Origin: an uncultured bacterium
GTDB lineage: Bacteria > Patescibacteriota > Minisyncoccia > UBA6257 > 2-01-FULL-56-20
Length of the DNA stretch: 64,000 nucleotides
Reading direction: 5' to 3'
Assembly: GCA_963725235.1 (NCBI GenBank)
Contig: CAVRXN010000002.1
Coordinates: forward strand, 250,902 to 314,901
Below are positions 44,661 through 55,239 of the stretch, one piece after another. The translations under genes and the position numbers were made by a program. Within the stretch, counting starts at the first letter, position 1. Every line of letters begins with the position of its first letter. Under the pieces are notes generated by a model. It was not told the DNA's origin, ran no database searches, and saw only the letters and a program-made list of their open reading frames with translations.

Positions 44661-47296
44661 ATGAAAGACAAAATCATCATCAAAGGTGCGCGGGAACACA
44701 ATCTGAAAAATATCTCGCTTGAATTGCCGCGGGACAAGATGATCGTGTTCACTGGGCTTTCGGGTTCGGGGAAATCGTCGCTCGCGTTCGACACGATTTT
44801 CGCCGAAGGCCAGCGCCGCTATATCGAATCGCTGTCCGCTTACGCGCGGCAGTTTTTGGGCCGCCTCGATAAGCCGGACGTGGACGACATCGAGGGCTTG
44901 TCGCCGGCGATTTCGATCGACCAGAAATCGCCATTCGGCGAATCCGCGCTCGACGGTCGCGACGATCACGGAAATTTACGATTATCTTCGCGTGCTTTTT
45001 GCGCGCGCGGGAAAGCCGTATTGCCCGACGCTGCGGCCGAGAAATCCGCAAACTGACGAACGAAGAGATCGTCGACGTCGCGATCGAGTTCGCGGATGAG
45101 AGTAATGACAGGCAAGAAGCAAGTTGAAGTCGCGGTCGGAAAAAAGCGCATCATCGGCGGAAATTTATTGATCCTGGCGCCGGTCGTCCGCGGCCGGAAA
45201 GGGGAGTATTACCAGATGCTCTATGATTTCCTGAACGCCGGATTCAGCGAAGTGCGCGTCGACGGCAAATATCATTCGCTCCGCGAGCGCGTCGAACTCT
45301 CGCGCTACAAAGCGCACAACATCGATCTCGTCGTCGACCGCATTCCGGGCGGCATGGATTTCAAAGAAAAAGATAATCGGTTGCGCTTGTCCGAAGCGAT
45401 CGAGTCCGGCTTGAAATATGGCGAAGGCGTCGTCACGATCATTGCGAGCGGCACGGTGCAAGAGAAGAAGCGCCGCTGGAACAAAGAGGTTTCGTTGTCC
45501 GCAAAATTCACCTGTCCGAACGACGGCTTTTCGTTCCCGGAAATCGAGCCGCGCCTGTTCTCTTTCAATAGCCCGTATGGCGCATGTCCGGAATGCCATG
45601 GCCTCGGCACGAAAGATTTATGGTCCGAAGAAATTTGTCCGGTCTGCGACGGCAAGCGTCTGCGCGAAGAAAGTTTGAACGTTTTGATCGATGGAAAAAA
45701 TATCGTTACCGTCACGGCATATTCGATCGAGGACGCGCTCGAGTTTTTTAAAAAACTGGAATCATCGTTTTTCGCGCAAAAAAAGAATGCGTCGCTTGCC
45801 GAAGTTGCCGAAGCGCCGCTCCGAGAGATTAAAGCCGATTAAAATTCATGATGGATGTCGGTCTGGAATATCTGACGCTCGACCGCAAAGCGGGGACGCT
45901 CTCCGGCGGCGAAGCGCAGCGAATCCGGCTCGCGTCGCAGATCGGCTCGCGCCTCGTCGGCACGCTCTATATATTAGATGAGCCGACGATTGGCCTGCAT
46001 CAGCGCGACAACGCGAAACTGATCAAAACGCTCCAGGATCTGCGCGATCTCGGCAACACGATCATCGTCGTCGAACACGACGAAGACACGATCCGCGCGT
46101 CGGATTATCTCGTGGACATCGGCCCGGCGGCGGGCGTGCATGGCGGCCAAGTCGTCGCGCAGGGCCCGATCCCGGAAATATTAAAAGATCCTGAAACAAA
46201 ATTCGCTCGACGCTGCAATATTTGCGCGGCAAGAAATTTATCGAGGTGCCGGAAAAGCGGCGGCAAGTCGATTTCAAGAAAATCGAGAGTATCAAAGATC
46301 CGCGGCGCGCACGCAGAACAATTTAAAAGATGTTAACGTCGATATTCCGTTGCGACGCTTCACGGCGGTGACCGGCGTTTCCGGCTCCGGCAAAGTCGAG
46401 TTTGGTCTACGACGTTTTGTACAAAGCGGTTGCGGACAAGCTCAATCGATCAGCGTGAACCGGCTACAAACCGGTCGGCTACAAATCCATCCTCGGCCTC
46501 GAATACATCAAGCGCATCATCAACATCGACCAGGCCGCGATCGGCCGCACGCCGCGCTCGAACCCCGCGACCTACGTCGGCGCGTGGACGCACATCCGCG
46601 ACCTGTTCGCCTCATCCGAAGACGCGCGCGTGCGCGGCTACAAGCCGGGCCGGTTCAGCTTCAACGTTCCCGGCGGCCGCTGCGAAAATTGCGAAGGCCA
46701 TGGCACGATCGCGATCGAAATGCACTTCTTGCCGACGGTTTACGTCACGTGCGACATCTGCAAAGGCAAACGCTTCGACCGTGAAACGCTCGAAGTGGAA
46801 TACAAAGGCAAAAATATTTATGACATCCTCCAGCATGACGGTCGAGGAAGCCGTCAAATTCTTCGAAGATATTCCGTGGCTGTTCGAGAAATTTAAAATC
46901 CTCGAAGAGGTCGGCTTGGGATATCTCGAACTCGGCCAGTCGGCGACGACGTTGTCCGGCGGCGAAGCACAACGGATTAAGCTTTCCGCCGAGCTCGGCA
47001 AGCGCGACACGCGCCGGACGTTATACTTACTCGACGAACCGACGACCGGTTTACATTTCGCCGACATCGACCAACTATTAAAAGTTTTACAGCGCCTCGT
47101 CGACCGCGGCAACACAGTCGTCGTTATCGAACACAATCTCGATGTCATCAAGACCGCCGACTGGGTCATCGACCTCGGTCCCGAAGGCGGCGCGCGCGGC
47201 GGCAAGATCATCGCGACTGGAACGCCGGAAGAGATCGCACGGAAGGCGGGGAGCTTTACGGGGCAGTACTTGCGGAAAGTGTTGCAGAAATCATGA
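44661..47296 (+). pseudogene. uvrA: Excinuclease ABC subunit A, heavily disrupted (about 9 frameshifts plus 1 in-frame TGA)
   Basis: UvrA motifs are spread over three frames. They include [129 protein letters not shown] and [12 protein letters not shown]. Track pieces are 44661..45056, 45096..45842, 45848..46336, 46350..46784, 46630..46896 and 46430..47296. Confidence 0.9.
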
Positions 47297-47346
47297 ATTT
47301 ATGGTAAGATAGAATCCGGACCTTAGATTCGAAAGGGGGATTACAT

Positions 47347-47745
47347 TTGAAGACGATAATATCTGTGTTTGCCGGCCTTTTGGGCACAACGGCAACTATT
47401 GGGGGAGGCCTCATGGTGGGATGGATTTGGTATTTCACGAAGCTTCCGCCAAACGTCGTGTTACTGTTCGATTTTTTCGAGCAGTCGTTGCCCGACCCAC
47501 ATAGCTTGACGGGCAAAGTAGTCGGAACAATAATCGGGGTGCTGTTTATGATCGGAGGCCTCTACTGCCTAAAATCAGTTAAGTCTTTCAGATCAAAAGA
47601 TTCCGAGGAGGACTACGACTATCGCTGCGAATCGGAACAATCACCTCGTGATGCAGCTCGTCGCAGGCAAACCATTTACGACAGGTATTGCGCTGCCAAT
47701 GGCGATGCAGAGCCGCGACCCGTGCGACCCATAGCGCGGCAGTGA
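47347..47745 (+). CDS. Membrane protein (hypothetical)
   Basis: AAGGGGG before the TTG start. Three hydrophobic segments and a charged tail. Confidence 0.45.
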   Translation: MKTIISVFAGLLGTTATIGGGLMVGWIWYFTKLPPNVVLLFDFFEQSLPDPHSLTGKVVGTIIGVLFMIGGLYCLKSVKSFRSKDSEEDYDYRCESEQSPRDAARRRQTIYDRYCAANGDAEPRPVRPIARQ

Positions 47746-47829
47746 ATGATCTTTGGCTCCAACTATCCGCGGCCCGCTCTGTGCGCGGCCGCTTTTTCTT
47801 TCTGTCGGATTGCGGTACATTAAAGAATC

Positions 47830-49107
47830 ATGAAAAACCCATTTGCAAAAACATCAATTCCATACAAAAAGCTTCCGGACTCACCGGGCGTCTACATTAT
47901 GAAAGACGCGGGCGACCGCGTGCTCTACGTCGGCAAAGCAGGCAACTTACGCCGGCGGGTTTCGAGCTACTTCGAGCGGCCACATGATGTCCGGATCGAA
48001 ACACTTGTCAACAAAATTGCAACAATCGACCACGAAAAAACCGACACCGCACTCGAAGCGTTGATCCTCGAAGCGGAGTTGATTCGGAAGCTGACACCGC
48101 CATTCAACATCAAAGAAAAAGATGACAAAAGTTTTTTGTATGTCGGGATAACGCGCGACAAATTTCCGCGCGTGTTACTCGTTCGCCGGACCGACGCTGC
48201 ATTTTCTTCGCGGACCGCCGCGCAGTACGGCCCATTCACGTCGGCCTCGTCCGCCCGCGAGGCGATGAAAATCTTGCGGAAAATTTTCCCGTGGTCAACA
48301 CATGATCCCGAACGCATCGGCACATTCGAGCGGCCGTGTTTCGACTACGAAATCGGTTTGTGCCCGGGGACATGCATTGGCGCGATCACGCGTGAGGATT
48401 ATCTGAAGAACATCGACCGGCTAAAATTATTTTTCGAAGGCAAGAAGAAGCAAGTGATCCGAGCAATCGAAAAAGATATGGCTACCGCAGCACGGGCACT
48501 CGACTTCGAACGCGCCGCGAAGCTGCGCCACCAGCTCTTCGCGTTAAAACATATCCGCGATACCGCGTTGATTTCTGATGCGAGCGCGACAATCGTTTTG
48601 CCCACCGATGATGAAAAAAATATTAAAACAGGAGGCGTCGGCACACCCTACCGCATCGAGGGCTACGACATCTCAAACATCTCCGGCACATCGGCCGTCG
48701 GCTCGATGGTGGTTTTTGAAAATGGCGAACCAAACAAAAACGAATATCGAAAGTTCAAAATTCGCACGATTTTCAAACCGAATGACGTCGGCATGTTGAC
48801 CGAAGTGCTCGAGCGGCGATTTAAACATGGCACCGAACCAACCGGCTGGTCGCTGCCAAACTTGATATTAATAGATGGCGGTATCGCGCAGGCGAACGCC
48901 GCGAAAAAAGTGCTGATGCGGGCTGGATTGCGCATCCCGATCCTCGGTATTGCGAAGGGTGCAGAGCGAAAACGGAACGATATCCTCGGCGCGATCCCGC
49001 GCGGCAGCGGCGTTACGAAGGAAATTTTAATCCGCGTGCGCAACGAGGCGCACCGGTTTGCGATCGGGTATCATAAAAAGCTCCGCGCGTGGACGACGCT
49101 GCAATAA
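47830..49107 (+). CDS. uvrC: Excinuclease ABC subunit C (compact, no C-terminal HhH2)
   Basis: GIY-YIG domain GVYIMKD..VLYVGKAGNLRRRVSSY. UVR domain FERAAKLRHQL. RNase H-like endonuclease domain IEGYDISNISG. Confidence 0.85.
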   Translation: MKNPFAKTSIPYKKLPDSPGVYIMKDAGDRVLYVGKAGNLRRRVSSYFERPHDVRIETLVNKIATIDHEKTDTALEALILEAELIRKLTPPFNIKEKDDKSFLYVGITRDKFPRVLLVRRTDAAFSSRTAAQYGPFTSASSAREAMKILRKIFPWSTHDPERIGTFERPCFDYEIGLCPGTCIGAITREDYLKNIDRLKLFFEGKKKQVIRAIEKDMATAARALDFERAAKLRHQLFALKHIRDTALISDASATIVLPTDDEKNIKTGGVGTPYRIEGYDISNISGTSAVGSMVVFENGEPNKNEYRKFKIRTIFKPNDVGMLTEVLERRFKHGTEPTGWSLPNLILIDGGIAQANAAKKVLMRAGLRIPILGIAKGAERKRNDILGAIPRGSGVTKEILIRVRNEAHRFAIGYHKKLRAWTTLQ

Positions 49108-49114
49108 TTAATAT

Positions 49115-49705
49115 TTAGTTAATAATTGTAAATGCCGGGCTGACGATCGGCTTCAAATTGTTGCCGTCGAATGAAACTTCGATCTTATAGCTGCCCGGCA
49201 CGACATCGGTTTTTTGCGGATCGCTGCGATTGAGGAAAACGTCGCGCGTGTTCCATGTATACGACGTTTGCTTCGGACCGATTTCCGGCAAGATGATGCC
49301 GATCGATTGGCCGGTTGCAGCGCTCAAAAGCGAGATCGCACCGCTGACGTTCGGCGCAGCGCTCCACGCAATCGGGTTTTGGTTGCCAATCGTCCAGATG
49401 TCGTTCACGACGGGGGTGACGAATTTGATGACCGGGGCGGCTGGCGCAGCTACGATAGGGGCGGAGGTTTTACCGCCGGCGCTGGCAGGGTTTTCGCCCG
49501 TGGAAGGGGCTGTTCCGGTTGGGGCGGGGGCGTTCGCGCCGAGCAACGTGCTACCGATCGAATCAGTTGCAGTCGATGACGCGTCTAGGGCGGCCGTTTG
49601 GCTGCTGCCCGTGCTTGCGACGATGATCCAAATGATAAGGACGGCTGCGACGACAGCGACGATGATTACCTTGGCGACGTTGCTTAATTTGCCCGTTCCA
49701 TTCAT
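49115..49705 (-). CDS. Secreted/anchored hypothetical protein
   Basis: N-terminal TM anchor VAKVIIVAVVAAVLIIWIIVA, a Ser/Thr/Ala/Pro-rich linker, and a beta-rich C-terminal domain. Confidence 0.55.
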   Translation of the reverse strand: MNGTGKLSNVAKVIIVAVVAAVLIIWIIVASTGSSQTAALDASSTATDSIGSTLLGANAPAPTGTAPSTGENPASAGGKTSAPIVAAPAAPVIKFVTPVVNDIWTIGNQNPIAWSAAPNVSGAISLLSAATGQSIGIILPEIGPKQTSYTWNTRDVFLNRSDPQKTDVVPGSYKIEVSFDGNNLKPIVSPAFTIIN

Positions 49706-49742
49706 GCTTAAACAGTAACAAGGATACTATGAGGAGGCAACT

Positions 49743-49874
49743 CTTGACTGAAAAATTAAAAAAAGGTGAAATCGGCGTCATGCCGACCGACACGATTTAT
49801 GGCATTGTCGGTTCTGCGCTGCGCCCTTCGATGGGGGAGAGCGAAATTCAAAGCCGTCAACACTTATTAAAATA
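49743..49874 (+). pseudogene. tsaC: Remnant of L-threonylcarbamoyladenylate synthase (TsaC/YrdC/Sua5 N-terminus)
   Basis: Only KKGEIGVMPTDTIYGIVGSAL (YrdC motif PTDTxYG) is retained, followed by a stop after about 43 codons. Confidence 0.4.
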
Positions 49875-49934
49875 GAAAATGGGATAGTCGTTACATTGCG
49901 CCGATAGATAAAAGTGAGCATGGATTTTGAAAAT

Positions 49935-49974
49935 AAAAAAGGGCGCGCAGGAAAGAGTCTGTTCTTGCGCGCCC
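49935..49974 (-). terminator. Rho-independent terminator of the deaminase-like gene
   Basis: Minus strand reads GGGCGCGCA-16 nt-TGCGCGCCC followed by TTTTTT. Confidence 0.55.
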
Positions 49975-49988
49975 AGCTCTGCGACCTA

Positions 49989-50561
49989 CTAATGTTGACT
50001 ATCCCGCGTCCATTCTCTCTCAAGTTCAAGTAGGTCCTTAGATGGCCTCGATCGCCTACGTTCCGCGTAAACTTGTGGATATAATATATCGATCGGAAGT
50101 TTCACAAGGTTATCTGCTTCCAGAGCCGAGATCCATCTAGAATCATCGATTCCAAATGGAACAATAAATTTAAGAAAGGGCTGACATTGGCGGGCAACCT
50201 CACGACACCGTGCGCATGGATACACGACGTGGGTCTTCTGAATGATCCCAAGAGAGCCATCTGCCCGGACGGTAACAATCGCAGTGAGTCCAACTTGCAG
50301 CTTCTCTGCGACATTGACGATGAGATCAAATTCCGCGCACTGAGAATGCTGCGCGATTTTGGAATCGAATTGCAAACCATAGATAATCTCTTTTCCTCGG
50401 GTTAGGGCTGCCGAAGCCAACTGATGATATCCTTTGTCAAAGTGCTTTCGGATGTATTCATCCGCGCTTACCACCAATTTCTTGTCATCGGAGGTAAATG
50501 GGTTGAGTGAAACTATTCTCTCAAGGGCATCAAGATAGATTCTTTTAGCCAGATCGTCCAT
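49989..50561 (-). CDS. Cytidine/deoxycytidylate deaminase-fold zinc protein
   Basis: GGAGG before ATG 50561. Zinc motifs CAE (HSQCAEFDL) and PCARCRE (PCxxC). Confidence 0.6.
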   Translation of the reverse strand: MDDLAKRIYLDALERIVSLNPFTSDDKKLVVSADEYIRKHFDKGYHQLASAALTRGKEIIYGLQFDSKIAQHSQCAEFDLIVNVAEKLQVGLTAIVTVRADGSLGIIQKTHVVYPCARCREVARQCQPFLKFIVPFGIDDSRWISALEADNLVKLPIDILYPQVYAERRRSRPSKDLLELEREWTRDSQH

Positions 50562-50639
50562 ATGTACCTCCTGTGGAGAGTTATAACAAATCGTATATTG
50601 TACGTCAACCATTTGTTATTTTATGGTAAACTATGACTA

Positions 50640-52358
50640 ATGCTCTCCGCCGACCTCAAAAAACTCATCCACGGCGACATCGCAACCGACGACGCAACGC
50701 TCGCGAAATTCAGCCGCGACTACTCGATTTTTAAAGTCCGCCCGACAGTCGTCGTATCGCCGAAGGACGTCGACGATATAAAAAACTTGGTGAAGTTCGT
50801 AACCGCGGCAAAACAAAAGGGCGAAAACATTTCCTTAACAGGAAGGTCGGCCGGCACCGACATGACCGGCGGCCCGTTGACCCAATCTATCGTCGTCTCA
50901 TTTACAAAATATTTCAACCGCATCGTTGGCATCGGCCCAGCCGAGCACTCCGCGGGTCCCGATGCAAAAAACGACGCTGCCGAAGTCAAAGTCCAACCGG
51001 GCGTCTACTTCCGGGACCTCGAAAAAGAGCTAACGGCAAAAGGATTGTTGTACCCACCCTATCCAGCATCGAAAGATCTCTGCGCACTTGGCGGGATGGT
51101 TAACAATAATTCCGGCGGCGAGAAGACGCTCGCGTACGGCAAAACGGAAAATTATGTCCGCGCGGTAAAAATAGTTCTCGCCGACGGCGAAGAACACACG
51201 ATCTGGCCGCTCGGCCGCACCGACCTGCAGTCGAAACTCGCCGAGCAAAGCTACGAAGGCGATCTCTATCGTCGCCTCTACGAATTGATCACGACAAATT
51301 ATGAAATAATTATGAAAGCGAAGCCGACCGTCTCGAAAAACTCGGCCGGCTATTATCTCTGGAACGTGTGGGACAAAGAAAAAGGAATATTCGACCTGAC
51401 AAAATTGATCGTCGGTTCGCAGGGAACATTCGGCTTGCTGACCGAAGCGAAGCTTGGCGTCGTGCCGCTTAAAAAACATTCACGCCTCGCCGTCGTGTTT
51501 TTGAAAACGCTCGATCCGGTCGGCGATCTTGTTAATGAAGTATTAAAATTTCATCCGGAAAGCATCGAGTCATACGACGATAAAACGATTCAGGTCGCGG
51601 TCAATCTCTGGCGGCAGGTGCTCGGTTCGATGAAGGGAAATATTTTCAAACTCGCGTGGCAATTCTTGCCGGAGTCTTGGATGGTTTTGCGCGGCGGTAT
51701 GCCGAAGATGATTATGCTTATCGAGCTGACGGGGGATGATGAGAAAGCACTTGTCGAAAAACTCGAAAAGCTCGGCGACGCGATTAAAAGTTTTGAAAAA
51801 ACACATGCTGGTGTCCAGTTAAAATTGCTGAAGCGCGAGAGCGACGAAGAAAAATATTGGACGATTCGTCGCGAAAGTTTTGCCCTGCTCCACAACAATT
51901 CCGTCGGCCGCGACACGGCGCCCTTTATTGACGACTTCGTTATCCAGCCGAAAGACATCCACGAAGTCCTGCCGAAGGTAAACGCGATTCTCGATAAGTA
52001 TAAACGCGACCTGATTTACACGATCGCCGGCCATCCCGGCAACGGCAATTTCCACATCATCCCGTTGATGGACTTGAAATCCGAACGCGTCCGTGCGTTG
52101 ATCCCAAAAATTTCCGATGAGGTTTACAAAGTTATTTTCCAATATCACGGTTCAATGACTGGCGAGCACAACGACGGCATCATCCGCACGCCGTATCTCG
52201 AAGAAATGTACGGCCCGAAAATTGTCGGACTATTTGCTGCGACCAAAAAGATTTTCGACCCGCTCGATATCTTTAACCCCGGCAAGAAGGTCGGTGGGAG
52301 TTTGAAGTACGCCGAAGAACATATTGCGGCGACGATCGAGGCGACGCCGGTGAAATAG
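50640..52358 (+). CDS. FAD-binding oxidoreductase (GlcD / D-lactate dehydrogenase-like)
   Basis: PCMH-type FAD domain GRSAGTDMTGG and GGMVNNNSGGEKTLAYG. C-terminal GEHNDG. Confidence 0.85.
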   Translation: MLSADLKKLIHGDIATDDATLAKFSRDYSIFKVRPTVVVSPKDVDDIKNLVKFVTAAKQKGENISLTGRSAGTDMTGGPLTQSIVVSFTKYFNRIVGIGPAEHSAGPDAKNDAAEVKVQPGVYFRDLEKELTAKGLLYPPYPASKDLCALGGMVNNNSGGEKTLAYGKTENYVRAVKIVLADGEEHTIWPLGRTDLQSKLAEQSYEGDLYRRLYELITTNYEIIMKAKPTVSKNSAGYYLWNVWDKEKGIFDLTKLIVGSQGTFGLLTEAKLGVVPLKKHSRLAVVFLKTLDPVGDLVNEVLKFHPESIESYDDKTIQVAVNLWRQVLGSMKGNIFKLAWQFLPESWMVLRGGMPKMIMLIELTGDDEKALVEKLEKLGDAIKSFEKTHAGVQLKLLKRESDEEKYWTIRRESFALLHNNSVGRDTAPFIDDFVIQPKDIHEVLPKVNAILDKYKRDLIYTIAGHPGNGNFHIIPLMDLKSERVRALIPKISDEVYKVIFQYHGSMTGEHNDGIIRTPYLEEMYGPKIVGLFAATKKIFDPLDIFNPGKKVGGSLKYAEEHIAATIEATPVK

Positions 52359-52427
52359 GCAAAAACACAGTTTTGCTGGCGATTTTTCTTGAGAATTTTT
52401 TAATGAGGTTTTTGGTATGATAACACC

Positions 52428-52901
52428 ATGCTGGAATATATTTTCGCCATACTTGAATGGTGCAGGGTTATTATTACTCTTCGAGCCGAAGATAAGAAGG
52501 TCCTTTTCAAAGAAGGCGAGATTTGGTGGTGCAGCATCGGGATGAATGTCGGCACTGAGATTTTTGGCAAAGGTCGGCGATTTACCAGGCCAGTTTTGGT
52601 TTTTAAGAAATTTGGCTCATATTCTTTTCTCGGTATTCCTATAACAAGCCAAGAAAAAGAAGGTGAATGATATGTGCCAGTACGGTATAACGATCGAAAT
52701 GATAAAGCGGTCTTGGTACAGGTGAGATCTTTGGATGTTCGACGCTTGATCAAACGAATGGGCACTCTTGGGAGTGAGAATTTTAAGGAGATTCAAGCTG
52801 CATTTCTTGCGTTCTATGGGGACGAAACAATAATCGATGAGAGTGAAGTTCTATCTCCGGATAGTATTCACCCCGCCAATGGGGCGGGGATCGGTGGATA
52901 A
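52428..52901 (+). pseudogene. PemK/MazF-family toxin-like gene with an in-frame TGA
   Basis: Track ORFs 52428..52670 and 52674..52901 share one frame, separated by TGA at 52668-52670. Motifs FKEGEIWWCSIGMNVGTE and RPVLVFKKF. Confidence 0.6.
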
Positions 52902-52966
52902 TTCCAAAAATATACCCTTATTCTACCCCTTTGAATATTCTTGTCAAATAGTTGTAGGATTGCAGT

Positions 52967-53236
52967 ATGCGGCGCGTCAATATAAAAATCTACGGTGAGG
53001 TGCAAGGCGTCGGTTTTCGCGACGCGGCATATTGGAAGGCGCGCAAATCGCAGATCGCCGGCTTCGTCATGAATGAACCTGATGGCTCGGTCTATATTGA
53101 GGCAGAAGGAGACGAGGACGCGCTGAAAGAGTTCGTCGAATGGTGCGGGAAGGGACCATTCCCGGCAAAAGTGGAAAAAATTGAAACGGAATGGACGGAA
53201 GCCGGCGGGAAGTTCACTGGATTCAGAATCGCTTAG
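52967..53236 (+). CDS. acyP: Acylphosphatase
   Basis: Signature IYGEVQGVGFR and GFVMNEPDGSVYIEAEG. Confidence 0.85.
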   Translation: MRRVNIKIYGEVQGVGFRDAAYWKARKSQIAGFVMNEPDGSVYIEAEGDEDALKEFVEWCGKGPFPAKVEKIETEWTEAGGKFTGFRIA

Positions 53237-55186
53237 TTATTCCAAGTGATACACAAACATCGTCGTCCCAATGCGGTAATCCGGCGTCGGCACGTTGCCC
53301 ATCGTGCTGCCGAACCAGTTCGTCGTAGTCGCGATTGGTCGCAGCGCGGTCAGCCAGGAATACGTATCACTCGCACTGCGGCTATCGGACGCTTCATCGG
53401 CACCAAGCGGCTCGATGGCACCTTGAAGTTGGTTAACCGAAACGGCGAACCAATGGATGCCTTGCGCAGCGGGATTGCCGTCAGACGATGACCAGTTAAC
53501 CTCGCGCGATCCGAGATAATAGCTCGGATCACCGCCGCCAAAATAATCGACAGCAATTTTGTCATTCGGACCGATGACACCCGACGTCGCGACCCAATTT
53601 TGCAATCGCAGTAAATCTTGCCCCCAGTCATAGTTCGAATCGGTGACGTAATGGTAGCCACCCCAAACGCCGCCGCCGAATTCATTAAAATATGATAAAA
53701 AGTATGGCGCGGCGAAGAGGGTTTCGAGGATGAGCCAAATGAATAAAGCGAGCAGAAGGATATATTTGAAGGCGATCGAAATAACGCTGCGCCGCAACGC
53801 GAAAATATTAAATTGCATAACCCATTTTTTCCAAACGCCGGCGGCGAGGATGTATATCAGCGGCAATGTCGGGAGAATGTGGCGGATGCCGATGTTGAGG
53901 GGCGACTGGATGCTGTAGGCCCAATAGATGACGATGAATGAGGCGAGAGAGAATTCGGTCAGATGGCTGCCGAGGTAATCACAGAAATTTTTTAGATCTT
54001 CTCCCGACGTCGTGTTCGATGAAATTTTCTTAAAAATTCCATACAGCGCTAAAGCGAGCGCGACAAAGATAATAATCAACGTCGGGATCGGCTCTTTTAA
54101 TAGGAAGAGTACGGGGAAATAGATCCAGCCGCCTGTGTTGACGACCCGGCCCAAGAAATAGATCGTGTTACCGCCGGCGGAGCGTTGGAGTGACATCAAT
54201 AAGCCGAGCAGATATTCCGCGTAAGGCCGCGTCAGGGCGTGCCCTGCACCCCAGATGTCGAGATCGGCGAGGCAGCGCATGCCTTTGCAGAGTTGGCCTG
54301 CCGGCGTCGGGCCGTTCGCAAATGAGGTCAGGATCGCCGTCGTATCAGAGACCTGTTTCGCGACAGGGTAATGAACCGTAAACAACGTGTAGACGGGGTA
54401 GACAACGAAGACATAGCCGATGACAATCATTAAAATTAACTTAAAAAGCCAGCGGCCGCCGCGCCAGCTCCACCGGCGCTGGACAACGATCATTTCGCGC
54501 GCCCATAAAACGAGTGCGATGAAAAGAAACGCGACCGTGATCAAAGGCGTCGAAAATTTCGTTATCTGGCCGATGCCGAACGCGAGGCCGGCGAGCCAGA
54601 GGTTACCCGTCGACGGGCGTTCGAGATATCGCAGGAAAAAGAAAAATGACAAAACAGTTGCGAACGCGGCGCCGACGTCGGTCGTAACGTAATGGCCGTG
54701 CGCGAGAATCGTTGGGTCGAGAGCGAACAAAAACGAAGGCAGTAAGCTCCACCACGCGCCGAGCCGCCGCCGTGCCAATAAATATATTAAAATAATTGTT
54801 AAAATTGTCAGCAGAATCGGGAAAATGCGCGCGGTCTGTATAATCGCATTCGCATCATTGCCGGACTGATACAAAAACTGCGTGCCCATAATCCACTCAC
54901 CATTGATCGCCGTCGTCCACGCCGCCGACGCCGTCGGAAAATTCGGATGCTCGAACAACAAAACCGGCAGCATCGCGAGTGCTTTCACCAACGGCGGATG
55001 CTCCGGGTTGAGATCATATGAAAGCTGGCTGACGTAGCCATAGCCTGCGGGAATATGCGCGAGCTCATCATCAATCGCCGAGTCTGTCCGCGAAGCCCAG
55101 AACATCAGCGCGAACGACGCGATGCAAATTAAGGCCAGTGCCCACCAGGCGAGCGAGGATGAGATTTTTCGGAGCTGCGGGAACAT
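53237..55186 (-). CDS. GT-C family glycosyltransferase (ArnT/PMT-like, GT39/83)
   Basis: More than 10 TM helices. The first-loop DE motif is AIDDELAHIPAGYGY. Large C-terminal periplasmic-type domain. Confidence 0.8.
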   Translation of the reverse strand: MFPQLRKISSSLAWWALALICIASFALMFWASRTDSAIDDELAHIPAGYGYVSQLSYDLNPEHPPLVKALAMLPVLLFEHPNFPTASAAWTTAINGEWIMGTQFLYQSGNDANAIIQTARIFPILLTILTIILIYLLARRRLGAWWSLLPSFLFALDPTILAHGHYVTTDVGAAFATVLSFFFFLRYLERPSTGNLWLAGLAFGIGQITKFSTPLITVAFLFIALVLWAREMIVVQRRWSWRGGRWLFKLILMIVIGYVFVVYPVYTLFTVHYPVAKQVSDTTAILTSFANGPTPAGQLCKGMRCLADLDIWGAGHALTRPYAEYLLGLLMSLQRSAGGNTIYFLGRVVNTGGWIYFPVLFLLKEPIPTLIIIFVALALALYGIFKKISSNTTSGEDLKNFCDYLGSHLTEFSLASFIVIYWAYSIQSPLNIGIRHILPTLPLIYILAAGVWKKWVMQFNIFALRRSVISIAFKYILLLALFIWLILETLFAAPYFLSYFNEFGGGVWGGYHYVTDSNYDWGQDLLRLQNWVATSGVIGPNDKIAVDYFGGGDPSYYLGSREVNWSSSDGNPAAQGIHWFAVSVNQLQGAIEPLGADEASDSRSASDTYSWLTALRPIATTTNWFGSTMGNVPTPDYRIGTTMFVYHLE

Positions 55187-55239
55187 TGCTTAGATTATAG
55201 CAAATTTCGACGAGCCGTTTTTCATGCTAAAATAAACCC

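Noticed and set aside
52668-52670. TGA reassigned as a sense codon (genetic code 25, as in some CPR lineages), prompted by in-frame TGAs here and at 46456
   Set aside because: TGA clearly terminates well-defined genes in this window, for example the PAP2 phosphatase (3287-3289), the MTase (34386-34388), the 72-aa ORF (14191-14193) and uvrA (47294-47296). The two in-frame TGAs occur in genes with other signs of decay.
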